DNA of 64,000 bases from an uncultured Spirochaetota bacterium. Lineage in GTDB: Bacteria > Spirochaetota > Spirochaetia > SZUA-6 > CAVTHK01. Made by a program: the position numbers and the translations under genes. The stretch spans positions 32,001 to 96,000 of the forward strand of contig CAVTHK010000011.1 of NCBI GenBank assembly GCA_963734495.1, written 5' to 3'. Below are positions 1 to 9,183 of this stretch, in pieces (the first letter of the stretch is position 1; every line of letters starts with the position of its first letter). A model generated the notes under the pieces. It saw only the letters and a list, made by a program, of their open reading frames with translations. It did not search any database and was not told the DNA's origin.

Positions 1-77
1 CGCGGCTCTGCTTCGGTGTGCGCATGGGGCTGTTCTGACCACGCGTCGGGGCCTTCGCCCGGCAGTCGCCGCCGGCC

Positions 78-1040
78 TCAGCCCGCCTCGGTGCGGTCGC
101 GGCCGCTCTCCTTGGCTCTGTAGAGCGCCTTGTCCGCCTTCTCCTTGAGCTCCTCCAGCGTGCGGGCGTGGGCCGGGTAGACCGCGACGCCGAGGCTGCA
201 GGTCAGCCGGAGGTCGGGATGCTCGGCGAAGCGCAGGCGGCGCACCTCGTCGTTGACCGCGCGGCAGCGCTCGACCGCGGCCGCGGCGTCGCGTCCCGGC
301 AGGATAAAGGCGAACTCGTCGCCGCCGTAGCGGACCAGGATGTCGGTCGCCGCGAAGGCGCGGCGAAAAATCCCCGCCGCCTCGACGATCAGCCGGTCGC
401 AGAACGCCGTTCCGAAGGTCCTGTTGAGGTCGCCGAAACGATCGAGGTCGAACATGGCGAGCGCGAGCGTCGACCTCTCGAGCTCCGCGCGGCGGACGAT
501 GCCGCCGAGCGACTCGTCGTAGAACCTGCGGTTGAAAAGCCCGGTGGCCTCGTCGGTGATGGCGCGCTTGCGCGCCCCCTCGCCCCATTTGACCATCTGG
601 GACAACAGAGAGCCGGTGTTCCCGAGCCTCGTCGCGGTGATGGTGCCCATCCGCCGCAGGATCGCCGCGGCGGCCTGCGGCCGGCTCGCGATCAGCTCGA
701 GGAAGTCATTGGCGGCGAGCGCGAGCAGCTCGCAGTCCGCGATCGCGCGGCAGGTCGCCGAGCGCGCCGCCTGCTCGATGATCGACATCTCCCCGAGAAA
801 GCCACCCGCCCCGATCTCGCTCAGCGTGATCTCGGCGCCGTCGGGAGTCTTGACCGTGACCGCCATGCTGCCCGAGAGGATGACGTAGAGCTCGTCGCCC
901 GGGTCGCCCTCGCTGAACAGGGTCGCTCCCTTGCGGAGCGTGCGCAGCTGCATGCGCCGGGCGACCTGGGCCCGCTCGGCGGCGGGCAGGTCCGTGAAGA
1001 TCCCGATCCCGCGCAGCGCCGTCCCGCCTCCGGCCTTCAT
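78..1040 (-). CDS. cNMP-binding domain + GGDEF domain protein (intact GGDEF motif)
   Basis: N-half LFSEGDPGDELYVILSG...GEMSIIEQAARSAT (cNMP fold); C-half TDEATGLFNRR, MFDLDRF, RYGGDEF, ADKALYRAKESGRD. Confidence 0.95.
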   Translation of the reverse strand: MKAGGGTALRGIGIFTDLPAAERAQVARRMQLRTLRKGATLFSEGDPGDELYVILSGSMAVTVKTPDGAEITLSEIGAGGFLGEMSIIEQAARSATCRAIADCELLALAANDFLELIASRPQAAAAILRRMGTITATRLGNTGSLLSQMVKWGEGARKRAITDEATGLFNRRFYDESLGGIVRRAELERSTLALAMFDLDRFGDLNRTFGTAFCDRLIVEAAGIFRRAFAATDILVRYGGDEFAFILPGRDAAAAVERCRAVNDEVRRLRFAEHPDLRLTCSLGVAVYPAHARTLEELKEKADKALYRAKESGRDRTEAG

Positions 1041-1999
1041 CGGGCATCCTCGGGGAACAGGATCGCGCCGCCGCCCTTCTGCCGCCCGAGCAGCGGAAGC
1101 CCGACCGCGGCTGCGATCAGCGCCTCACCGCTCGCTCCGTGCTCCGGAAACAGCGCCACGCCGAAGCTGGTGGAAAGGCGCACCTGCGTGGCCCCGACGA
1201 TCGGCGAGAGGTCGAGGCGCTCCAGGGCCGCCCGGATCTCCTCCGCCCGCCGCAGCGAGGCCGCGCGGTCCGAGAGCGGAAGGACCGCGGCGAACTCGTT
1301 GCCGGTGTAGCGCGCCGCCGCCTCGGTGTCGCGCAGGTGGCGGCTGAGCTCGGTGGCCATCAGGCGCAGCACCGCGTCGCCGGCCTCGTGGCCCCAGGTG
1401 TCGTTGATGAGCTTGAAGTTGTCGGGCTTGAGCATCAGCAGCGCCACGGGCCCCTCGCCCTTGAACCAGTCGGACAGCTTTTCCTCGAGGAAGGCCTTGT
1501 TGTAAAGCCCGGTGAGCTTGTCCCCGTAGACCTGGCGCCGGGCCTCCTGGACCCAGGGGGAGTTCTCCTTGATGAGCGCATTGGCGTTGCGGATGCGGCC
1601 CGCGATGACGCGCAGCGACGCGAACAGCAGCGCGGCGAGGACCGCGGGCTCGCCCTCGAACGCGGCGTCGAAGCGGACGCCCCTGGCCGGGAAACGCACG
1701 ACGACCGCATCGCCGCCCGCGATGGCCGTCGCGTCGCGCGGCGTCTGGTCGAGGAGGTCGAGCTCGCCGAAGGTGTCGCCCGCCACCAGCTCGGCGATCA
1801 CCGAAGCCTCGCCCTCGTCGCCGCGGTTCACGATCCGGACCGTCCCCTCGACGACGACGAACAGCGCGTCGCCCGGATCGTCCCGGTCGAAGATGGTCTC
1901 ACCCGCGCCGTAGGCATGGAGACGGCTGCGCTCGGCGATGGCCTTGAGCTCGCCGAGGCTCATCGTGGCGAAGACCTCGGACCTGCGGAGCGCCGACAT
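1037..1999 (-). CDS. cNMP-binding domain + degenerate GGDEF (TGNEF) protein
   Basis: IFDRDDPGDALFVVVEG...GELDLLDQTPRDAT; DKLTGLYNK, KPDNFKLINDTWGHEAGD, RYTGNEF; ATG at 1999 preceded by GGAG; 4-bp overlap with the downstream gene. Confidence 0.92.
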   Translation of the reverse strand: MSALRRSEVFATMSLGELKAIAERSRLHAYGAGETIFDRDDPGDALFVVVEGTVRIVNRGDEGEASVIAELVAGDTFGELDLLDQTPRDATAIAGGDAVVVRFPARGVRFDAAFEGEPAVLAALLFASLRVIAGRIRNANALIKENSPWVQEARRQVYGDKLTGLYNKAFLEEKLSDWFKGEGPVALLMLKPDNFKLINDTWGHEAGDAVLRLMATELSRHLRDTEAAARYTGNEFAAVLPLSDRAASLRRAEEIRAALERLDLSPIVGATQVRLSTSFGVALFPEHGASGEALIAAAVGLPLLGRQKGGGAILFPEDAR

Positions 2000-2153
2000 T
2001 CTCGCTCCGGTGGAGGCGGCCCGGCCCGTCAGCATCCGGCCCGGCCGCGGCCTGGCGGCAGCGCGCGTCTTCACGGCAGTAGACCTTGGAAAAACATACC
2101 CGACCTTGGGCGGGAGCACAAACGCGGTCGAGCGCTCGATCGACCCGCGCAGC

Positions 2154-3158
2154 TCACCGGCTGCTCACGCGCAGGCGCTGCAGCTCGGGCTTTCCCTGCA
2201 GGAGGTGGTTGCGCAGCGCCTCCTGGTAGGCGGTCGAGCCGTCCTTGCCCCGGATCGAGGGATCGGCGCCGGCGTCAAGGAGGAGAGCGACGACGGCGGG
2301 GGTGTTCGTCGCGGCCGCGTACATGAGCGCCGTCATGCCCTGCGCGTCGCGGGCGTCGATCTTCGCGCCCGCCTGGAGCAGCGCCCTGAAGATGCCCGCG
2401 TTCCCGTTCCACCGCGCGGCGTCCATCAGGGGAGTGGAGCCGCCGGACCCTTCGACCCTGGCCCCGGCCGCCAGGATGATGCGGATGACCTCGGGGTTCG
2501 CGTTCCTGGTCGCGGCCATCGAGAGCGTCGCCGGCCCTTCGATTCCGGCGTCGTCGATCACGGCCCCGGCGGCCAGGAGGATCCTGACGATGTCGGCGCT
2601 CGCGTCCGACATGGGTTTCGTCGTGAGGGGCGGCGACCAGACCGCATAGGTCAGGGCGGTCCAGCCCCTGGTCGTCTTCGCGACGATGACCGCTCCGGCC
2701 GCGAGCAGCGCGCGGACCGCCGCGGGGTTCTTGTCGGCGGCCGCGGCCATGAGCGGCGTGTACCCCTCGGCCGTCCCCGCGTTGACTCGACCGCCCGCCG
2801 CGATGAGCGCCTTGAGCACATCCGGGTTCTTGTTTCGGCCCGCGGCCGCCGTCATCGCGGTGTAGCCCGAGCCGTTGTCCTCGTCCATGAGCGAGCCGGC
2901 CTCGAGAAGCACCCTCACGACCTCGGGGTCGGGGTTGCTTTCCGCTGCGGCGATCAGCGGCGTCTGGTGGAAGAAATTGCGTTCGCCGAGCGACGCCCCG
3001 GCCTTGAGCGCAGCCCGGATCTCCTCGGGCTTGCCGCTCCTGGCCAGGTCGACGAGCTTTCCTTTCGATGTTTGCGCGCAAACGACCGACGCGGCGAGCG
3101 CGAAGGCCGCCACGACGCGAAACGTTGAATTGTTCAGGAGAGACCTCCCCCGCCCCAC
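2154..3158 (-). CDS. Ankyrin repeat protein, probably exported
   Basis: Repeated TPLxxAA...VxxLLxAGA units; hydrophobic leader VVAAFALAASVVCA; exact start uncertain. Confidence 0.9.
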   Translation of the reverse strand: MGRGRSLLNNSTFRVVAAFALAASVVCAQTSKGKLVDLARSGKPEEIRAALKAGASLGERNFFHQTPLIAAAESNPDPEVVRVLLEAGSLMDEDNGSGYTAMTAAAGRNKNPDVLKALIAAGGRVNAGTAEGYTPLMAAAADKNPAAVRALLAAGAVIVAKTTRGWTALTYAVWSPPLTTKPMSDASADIVRILLAAGAVIDDAGIEGPATLSMAATRNANPEVIRIILAAGARVEGSGGSTPLMDAARWNGNAGIFRALLQAGAKIDARDAQGMTALMYAAATNTPAVVALLLDAGADPSIRGKDGSTAYQEALRNHLLQGKPELQRLRVSSR

Positions 3159-3245
3159 AGCCTATCCCGCCGCAGGCGTCCGGACAAGACGCCGGTCGCC
3201 GCGCGGGTCGCCGCTGCGGCGGAGCCAGTCGCGCCCCCGCCGTGG

Positions 3246-4346
3246 CTACTCCTTGTGCCGCGCGATCCAGGCCTCGTCCCAGTGGATGCCGAGGCCGGGG
3301 TCGTCGCTCATGTGGATCATCCCGTCGCGAAAATCGGGCGGCCCCATCATCTCGTTGCTGTGGGCGGTCGGGTAGTGCTCCGTGATGAGGCCGTTGGACA
3401 CCGCGGCGACGCAGGCGCAGCCGACGGGCGCGTTGCCGTGAGGAGCCATCGGCAGGTGGTGCGCCGCGGCGATCGCCGCGATCTTGAGCCACTCGCTGAT
3501 GCCCCCGCAGTCGTTCGGATCCGCCTGCACGATCTCGGCCCCGCCGCGCTCGATGAGGTCGCGGAAGCCGTAGCGGGTCTGCTCGTTCTCCCCGCTCGCC
3601 ACCGGCACGTCGAGCGCCGCCGCCACCTTGACCGCGCCCTCGATGTCGTCGGCATGCACCGGCTCCTCGAACCAGTAGGGCTCGGTGTCCTCGACCATGC
3701 GGCCGAAGCGGATCGCGGTGGACGCGTCCCAGGCGTTGTTCGCGTCGATCATCAGCTCGACGGCGGGCCCCACCGCCTTGCGCGCCGCGCGCACGCGCTC
3801 GGCATCCTCGCGCAGCGAGATGCCGCTCCAGCCCACCTTCATCTTGACGGCCCGGAACCCCTCCGACGCGTAGCTTTCCAGCTCGCGGGCGAGCTCGGGC
3901 AGACCCTTGCCCTCGCCGTAGTACCCGCCGGCCGCGTAGACCTTCACCTTTGATTGTGCCCCGCCGGTGAGCTTCCAGACCGGCTGGCCGAGCGCCTTCC
4001 CCTTGAGGTCCCAGAGCGCGTTGTCGACGACGCTCATGGCCGCCACGAAGCCGCCCTTGTGGATGGGCTTGCGCGTGCCGCCCATGTAGAGCAGCTGCCA
4101 GAGCTCTTCGGTGCGGAGCGGGTCCCGGCCCAGGAGCTTGGCCCTGATCGGGCCCTCGACGTCGCGCTTTGCGCCGGCGCCGCACGGCGCCATGCCGACG
4201 ATCCCCGCGTCGGTCGCGATCTCGACGCGGCCGCGGTCCTGTTTTTCGGTCAGGATGATCGAATTCCAGAACGGCTTGTCGAGCTTGACGGTCCGGAGCG
4301 CCGTGACCCTGATGTCCGTGATCTTCATGGCCTCAAGTGATGCCAT
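3246..4346 (-). CDS. Enolase superfamily, mandelate racemase subgroup (probable acid-sugar dehydratase)
   Basis: DNALWDLKGK, KMKVG, DAN, FEEP, GEN, QAD, APH motifs; GGAGG upstream of ATG 4346. Confidence 0.9.
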   Translation of the reverse strand: MASLEAMKITDIRVTALRTVKLDKPFWNSIILTEKQDRGRVEIATDAGIVGMAPCGAGAKRDVEGPIRAKLLGRDPLRTEELWQLLYMGGTRKPIHKGGFVAAMSVVDNALWDLKGKALGQPVWKLTGGAQSKVKVYAAGGYYGEGKGLPELARELESYASEGFRAVKMKVGWSGISLREDAERVRAARKAVGPAVELMIDANNAWDASTAIRFGRMVEDTEPYWFEEPVHADDIEGAVKVAAALDVPVASGENEQTRYGFRDLIERGGAEIVQADPNDCGGISEWLKIAAIAAAHHLPMAPHGNAPVGCACVAAVSNGLITEHYPTAHSNEMMGPPDFRDGMIHMSDDPGLGIHWDEAWIARHKE

Positions 4347-4499
4347 CTCCACGCCTCCGTGTCGAGCCCCGGGGGCGCGGATCACTCATTGAAGAAGGCC
4401 GCCGCCGGCGGTTCCGCCGGCTCTCGCGGCGCCGCGCGAGGGGCAGGCGCGACAGCCGCCCGTCGTGCTACACTGCGGCATCGTTCCGGCGGAGGCGGC

Positions 4500-5519
4500 A
4501 TGAACCCGAGACGGCAGTGGTGGGACAGCGCCAGGGAGGCGGCCCTCGATCCCTCGCGTCCCATCGTGGACCCTCACCATCATCTGTGGAAGGCGAGCCG
4601 CTGGGGCGAATACCTGCTCGACGACCTCGCCGCGGATACCGGCGGCGGGCACAACGTCGTGCAGACCGTCTTCGTGGAGTGCGACTCCCAGTACCGCGCG
4701 TCCGGACCCGAAGCATCGAGGCCGGTGGGCGAGACGGACTTCGTCGCGGCCGCCGCGGCGGAGACCGCGCTGGCCCCGGCGGGCCGGGGCGCCCGCATTG
4801 CCGCGATCGTCGGCCACGCGGACCTGACGCTCGGGTCGCGGGTCGAGGAGGTGCTCGCCGCGCACATCGAGGCGGGCCGCGGGCTGTTCCGCGGGATACG
4901 CCACCGGGCGGCCTGGGACGCGAGCATGGCCGTCGGCCGCGAAGGCCGCGAGCATCTCTATGCGGACAAGAGCTTCCGCGAGGGCTTCGCTCGCCTCGCG
5001 GAGATGGGCCTGAGCTTCGACGCGTGGAACTTTCACCCGCAGATCCCGGAGCTCGCGGCGCTCGCGCGCTCCTTTCCCGCGACCGCGATCGTGCAGAACC
5101 ATCTCGGCGGGCCGCTCGGCATCGGCCCTTACGCGGGCAGGCACGCCGAGGTGCTGGAGCAATGGTCGCGGAACATGGCGGAGCTCGCCTCCTGCTCCAA
5201 TGTCGTGTTGAAGATAGGCGGGCTCGGGATGCGCGTCTCGGGCTACGGCTGGAACGCGCGCGAGCGGCCCGCGAGCTCCGACGAGCTCGCCGCCGCGTAC
5301 GCGCCGTACCTGGAGCGCGCCCTCGCGGCCTTCGGCGCGGACCGCTGCATGTTCGAGAGCAACTACCCCGTCGACGGCGAGTCCGCGGGCTACGTGGTCA
5401 TCTGGAACGGCTACAAGAAGGCGGCCGCTTCCCTGTCGGAGACGGAGAAGGACGCTCTGTTCCGCGGCACGGCCGCCAGGGTGTACCGGCTCGCCGGCGG
5501 ACCGGGAGGCGGAACATGA
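4500..5519 (+). CDS. Amidohydrolase_2 family protein (possible sugar lactonase)
   Basis: VDPHHHLW, RGIRH, NHLGGP, FGADRCMFESNYPVD; GGAGG RBS. Confidence 0.9.
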   Translation: MNPRRQWWDSAREAALDPSRPIVDPHHHLWKASRWGEYLLDDLAADTGGGHNVVQTVFVECDSQYRASGPEASRPVGETDFVAAAAAETALAPAGRGARIAAIVGHADLTLGSRVEEVLAAHIEAGRGLFRGIRHRAAWDASMAVGREGREHLYADKSFREGFARLAEMGLSFDAWNFHPQIPELAALARSFPATAIVQNHLGGPLGIGPYAGRHAEVLEQWSRNMAELASCSNVVLKIGGLGMRVSGYGWNARERPASSDELAAAYAPYLERALAAFGADRCMFESNYPVDGESAGYVVIWNGYKKAAASLSETEKDALFRGTAARVYRLAGGPGGGT

Positions 5520-6022
5520 AGCCTGCCACGATCCTCGCGCTGCCGGCGATCCTCCTGCTCGGCTCGTGCAAGTCGCCGATCCCGCACCTCGTCTGGCCCC
5601 AGAAGGACCTCGCGCCGGCGGAGTACAACGACCCGTCCCTCTCGCGCCGTCTGCTGGTTGCATCCAGGAGCACCGACTTCAAGGCCGAGGTCGTGCGACG
5701 GCTTGCGGACGACCTGCGCGGCGACCAGGTCTACATCCGGCAGGTCGGGGTGAACCAGCTCCGTCACGCCGCCGCAAACCAGTACCAGGCCGTCGTGATC
5801 GTCAGCACGACGATGGCCCGGACGCTGGACCCGAAGGTCACGGCGTTTCTGGAGAAGGTGCGCGACAAGTCGCGCGTCATCCTGGTCACGACCTCGAGGC
5901 GCGGAGCGTGGCTTCCGGACAAGGGCGCCTACGACGCGCTCTCCGCAGCGTCGCGGATGGACGACGCGCAGCGCATCGCTGCGGAGGCTGCCGCGGCGGT
6001 GCGCCGCCGCCTCGCGCCGTAG
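5516..6022 (+). CDS. Hypothetical lipoprotein
   Basis: MKPATILALPAILLLGSC lipobox; ATGA overlap with the upstream stop. Confidence 0.75.
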   Translation: MKPATILALPAILLLGSCKSPIPHLVWPQKDLAPAEYNDPSLSRRLLVASRSTDFKAEVVRRLADDLRGDQVYIRQVGVNQLRHAAANQYQAVVIVSTTMARTLDPKVTAFLEKVRDKSRVILVTTSRRGAWLPDKGAYDALSAASRMDDAQRIAAEAAAAVRRRLAP

Positions 6023-6128
6023 CGCGCCGCGGCCCGCGCGAAGCGGCGGGCAGGCGTCGCGCCGACGCTCGCGACGAGCTCGAGGCCATTCCGGCCGGCG
6101 TGCCGGCCGACATACGGGGAGGAGCCCT

Positions 6129-7085
6129 TTGAAGTTCAGAGTCTGGCTGGAGATCCCGGTCATCGAGCCGGAGAGGCGGCGGCTGGCGGAGCACGCCGAG
6201 ATCGTAGACGACAAGGCGCTGGAAAAGGCCAGGGGAGTCCACGCGGCGATCCTCTCGGCGCGGCCCGATGCGAACGGCGCGTTCATGGACGCGATCGGAC
6301 CGGAGCTCACGCTACTGGTCCGCCACGGCATCGGCTACGACAACGTGAACGTCGCGGACGCCACGGCGCGCGGGATCCTCGTCGCGAACACCCCCGACGC
6401 GCCCACCGAGTCGACGGCGGAGCACAGCGTGATGCTGATCATGGCGGCTTCGCGCATGCTGATCGTCGCGGACCGGAAGGTCCACGGCGCGAACATCGAG
6501 CAGAAGCGGATGCAGGGGCTGGAGCTCAAGGGAAAGACGCTCGGGATCGTGGGCTTCGGCCGCATAGGCAAGCGCGTGGCGGAGATCTGCGGCCCCGGCC
6601 TCAAGATGAAGGTGCTCGCCTACGACCCCTTCGTGAAGGGGCGGCAGGCGAACGCGACCCTCGTCCCGACCCTGGAGGGGATGCTCGAGGCGGCCGACGT
6701 CGTTTCCGTCAACTGCGCGCTCACGAGCGAGACGCGCCTGATGATGAACGAAGCGAGGCTGCGGCGCATGAAGAAGGGCGCGGTGCTCGTCAACGCGAGC
6801 CGCGGCCCCGTGGTCGACGAGGACGCGCTGCTGCGAGTGCTCAAGGACGGGCACCTGGCCGGCGCGGGGCTGGACGTCTTCCACGTCGAGCCTCCGCTCG
6901 CCACTCACCCGCTGTTCGCGCTGGACAACGTGGTGGCGACTCCCCACATCGCGTCCTACACCGACGGCGGCCTGCAGGCCATGGGGCGCGGCTCGGTGGA
7001 CCAGGTGCTGCAGGTCATCCGCGGCGAGAAGCCCGGCAACCTGCTGAACCCCGAGGCGTGGCCCGGCCGCGCGGGCAGGAAGTAG
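6129..7085 (+). CDS. D-isomer-specific 2-hydroxyacid dehydrogenase
   Basis: RHGIGYDNV, GIVGFGRIG, NASRGPVVDE, GLDVF, TPHIA; TTG start after GGAGGAG. Confidence 0.93.
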   Translation: MKFRVWLEIPVIEPERRRLAEHAEIVDDKALEKARGVHAAILSARPDANGAFMDAIGPELTLLVRHGIGYDNVNVADATARGILVANTPDAPTESTAEHSVMLIMAASRMLIVADRKVHGANIEQKRMQGLELKGKTLGIVGFGRIGKRVAEICGPGLKMKVLAYDPFVKGRQANATLVPTLEGMLEAADVVSVNCALTSETRLMMNEARLRRMKKGAVLVNASRGPVVDEDALLRVLKDGHLAGAGLDVFHVEPPLATHPLFALDNVVATPHIASYTDGGLQAMGRGSVDQVLQVIRGEKPGNLLNPEAWPGRAGRK

Positions 7086-7237
7086 GCGCGGCGCGCGCTC
7101 AAGCTCTACGACGCCGCTGTTGCGGCCGGGCCTCGCCTGCGGACAAAGAAAGCCGCGAACAGGGCCGCGGAGGCGCAGGCGGCGGCGAGTCGCCTGCTGC
7201 CAGGCTGGCCGTCGTTCCGCAGAGGGAGAATTTCGCC

Positions 7238-8080
7238 TTGAAGAAAAAGAAGAAGAAGCCCGTCCATCCCCTGAGCGTCGTGGATGTCCCGGCCGGCGCG
7301 GTCGGCATTCACTGGTTCGGGCAGAGCTCATTCGGCCTCAGGAACCAGCAGGGGCGCGTGCTGTTGACCGACCCGTTCTTCCCGCGCGAGCGGCCGCCGG
7401 GCAAGTTCCTGCATGCCGCTCCGCCCGTGGAGGAGGCCATCCTCCCGGCGGATGTGGTCCTGCTGACCCATGACCACGACGACCACACATGCATCGAGTC
7501 GCTCGAGCGGCTGCGGGCTTCGCTGCCCGCAGTCTCTATCGTGGGCCCCCCCGAGAGCATCGAGCGCATGGAACGGGCCGGCTTCGACCGCATGGGCCTG
7601 GTGGCCGTCGAAGCAGGCCGCCGGCTCGAAGCCGACGGCTATGTCATCCACGCCGTGCTCTCCAAGCTGCCGGAGGGCTCGCCCGAGCGGGGCATAGACC
7701 CGCCGGGCCTGCTGCACCTGGGCTACGTGATCGAGAGCAGCGGCGGGCGCATCTACCTCTCCGGCGACCCGCAGAACGACTTCGCCGAGGTCGACCGCCT
7801 CGTCGACCCGATAGCCGCGCTCGCTCCCGACCTGGGGCTGCTGACCACCCACCCCTCCGAGGGAGAGTTCCCTTTCTTCGACGGATGCGCGAAGACGGCG
7901 CGGCGCATCGGGCTGCGGACCGCCGTTCCGTCGCACTACGAGTGCTTCGTCAAGAGGAACTACGACCCCCTCGCCTGGGCCGCGGCCTTCGGAGAGGGAC
8001 CGCCCGCGAGGCTCATCATCCCCTACAATGGCTTCTGCCTCTACTCGGCCTCCGGCAACTGGGTGCGCTGCGGGTATTGA
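7238..8080 (+). CDS. MBL-fold metallo-hydrolase (UlaG-like)
   Basis: HWFGQSSF, LTDPF, THDHDDH, YLSGD, PSHYECF; TTG start after AGGGAG, poly-Lys N-terminus. Confidence 0.85.
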   Translation: MKKKKKKPVHPLSVVDVPAGAVGIHWFGQSSFGLRNQQGRVLLTDPFFPRERPPGKFLHAAPPVEEAILPADVVLLTHDHDDHTCIESLERLRASLPAVSIVGPPESIERMERAGFDRMGLVAVEAGRRLEADGYVIHAVLSKLPEGSPERGIDPPGLLHLGYVIESSGGRIYLSGDPQNDFAEVDRLVDPIAALAPDLGLLTTHPSEGEFPFFDGCAKTARRIGLRTAVPSHYECFVKRNYDPLAWAAAFGEGPPARLIIPYNGFCLYSASGNWVRCGY

Positions 8081-8175
8081 TCCACGCGGGCGCCGGTGGA
8101 ACGACGCGGGTGACAAGGGGTATACCTGTTCCTGGACCGATGAGCCCCCGGGGCGGGGGCGGGCGAGGAGGAGAC

Positions 8176-9138
8176 GTGGCAAAGCTGGCGATCATCACGG
8201 GGTATCTGGGGCAGACGAAGGATCGGTTCCACTTCTACAACGAGGACATCGACCTCGAGACGAAGTTCAAGATGATGAACGAGATCGAGGGCTACGACGG
8301 GGTCGAGATCGTCCATCCGTACGAAGTTCTCGGCGTCAGGGAGACCCGTGCCCTTCTCGCGAAGTACCGCCTCAGGATCTCGGCGATCAACTGCAACATC
8401 AAGGCCGATCCGGCCTTCCGCAACGGCGGGGTCACGGTCGACGACAAGGCCGTGCGCGAACGGGCCGTCGGCTTCATCAAGAAGGCCAAGGATTACGCGG
8501 AGGAGATCGGCGCGAGCAAGGTGACCTGCTGCCCGCTCGCCGACGGCTACGAGTTCGTCTTCCAGCACGACTACGCGAAGGCCTGGAAGCACCTGGTCGA
8601 GTGCTTCGGCGAGGCCGGCTCCTACAAGAAGAACATCCCGCTGTTCATCGAGTACAAGCCCAGCGAGACGCGGGGCCACTGCTTCGTGGACAGCGCCGCC
8701 AAGACGCTGCTGCTCCTCAAGGACATCGGCGTCACCGAAATGGGCGTGACTCTCGACTTCGGCCACTCGGTCTACGGGAACGAGAACCCGGCCGAAGCGG
8801 TAGCGCTCCTGGCCGAGAGCCCGTTTCGCTACTACATCCACATCAACGACAACGACGCACGGTGGGACTGGGACTACTTCTGCGGCACGAAGCACTACCT
8901 GGAATACGTGGAGTTCCTCTTCTATCTCAAGAAATACGGCTACGACGATTACATGACCTCCGACACCTCGCCCACCCGGTGGGACGTCCGCAAGACCTTC
9001 GAGGCCAACTCGCGCATCACCAACAAGATCTGGAAGGCGCTCGACGGGATCGATGCGAAGAAGATGGAGCGGCTCATCGCCGCGGGCGACTATCTCGACA
9101 CCTGGAAGCTGGTCGAGGAGACCTTCTTCGCGGTGTAG
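8176..9138 (+). CDS. Xylose isomerase-like TIM-barrel sugar isomerase/epimerase
   Basis: IEYKPSETR, TLDFGH, HINDND..WDWD metal-binding motifs; GTG after GAGGAG. Confidence 0.88.
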   Translation: MAKLAIITGYLGQTKDRFHFYNEDIDLETKFKMMNEIEGYDGVEIVHPYEVLGVRETRALLAKYRLRISAINCNIKADPAFRNGGVTVDDKAVRERAVGFIKKAKDYAEEIGASKVTCCPLADGYEFVFQHDYAKAWKHLVECFGEAGSYKKNIPLFIEYKPSETRGHCFVDSAAKTLLLLKDIGVTEMGVTLDFGHSVYGNENPAEAVALLAESPFRYYIHINDNDARWDWDYFCGTKHYLEYVEFLFYLKKYGYDDYMTSDTSPTRWDVRKTFEANSRITNKIWKALDGIDAKKMERLIAAGDYLDTWKLVEETFFAV

Positions 9139-9183
9139 CGCCGGCCGTCCGCGGCGCGGCCCGCGCGGAGGGAGGCGGGAACG

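Noticed and set aside
2154-3158. Internal DNA repetition as a repeat element
   Set aside because: Fully explained by ankyrin protein repeats.
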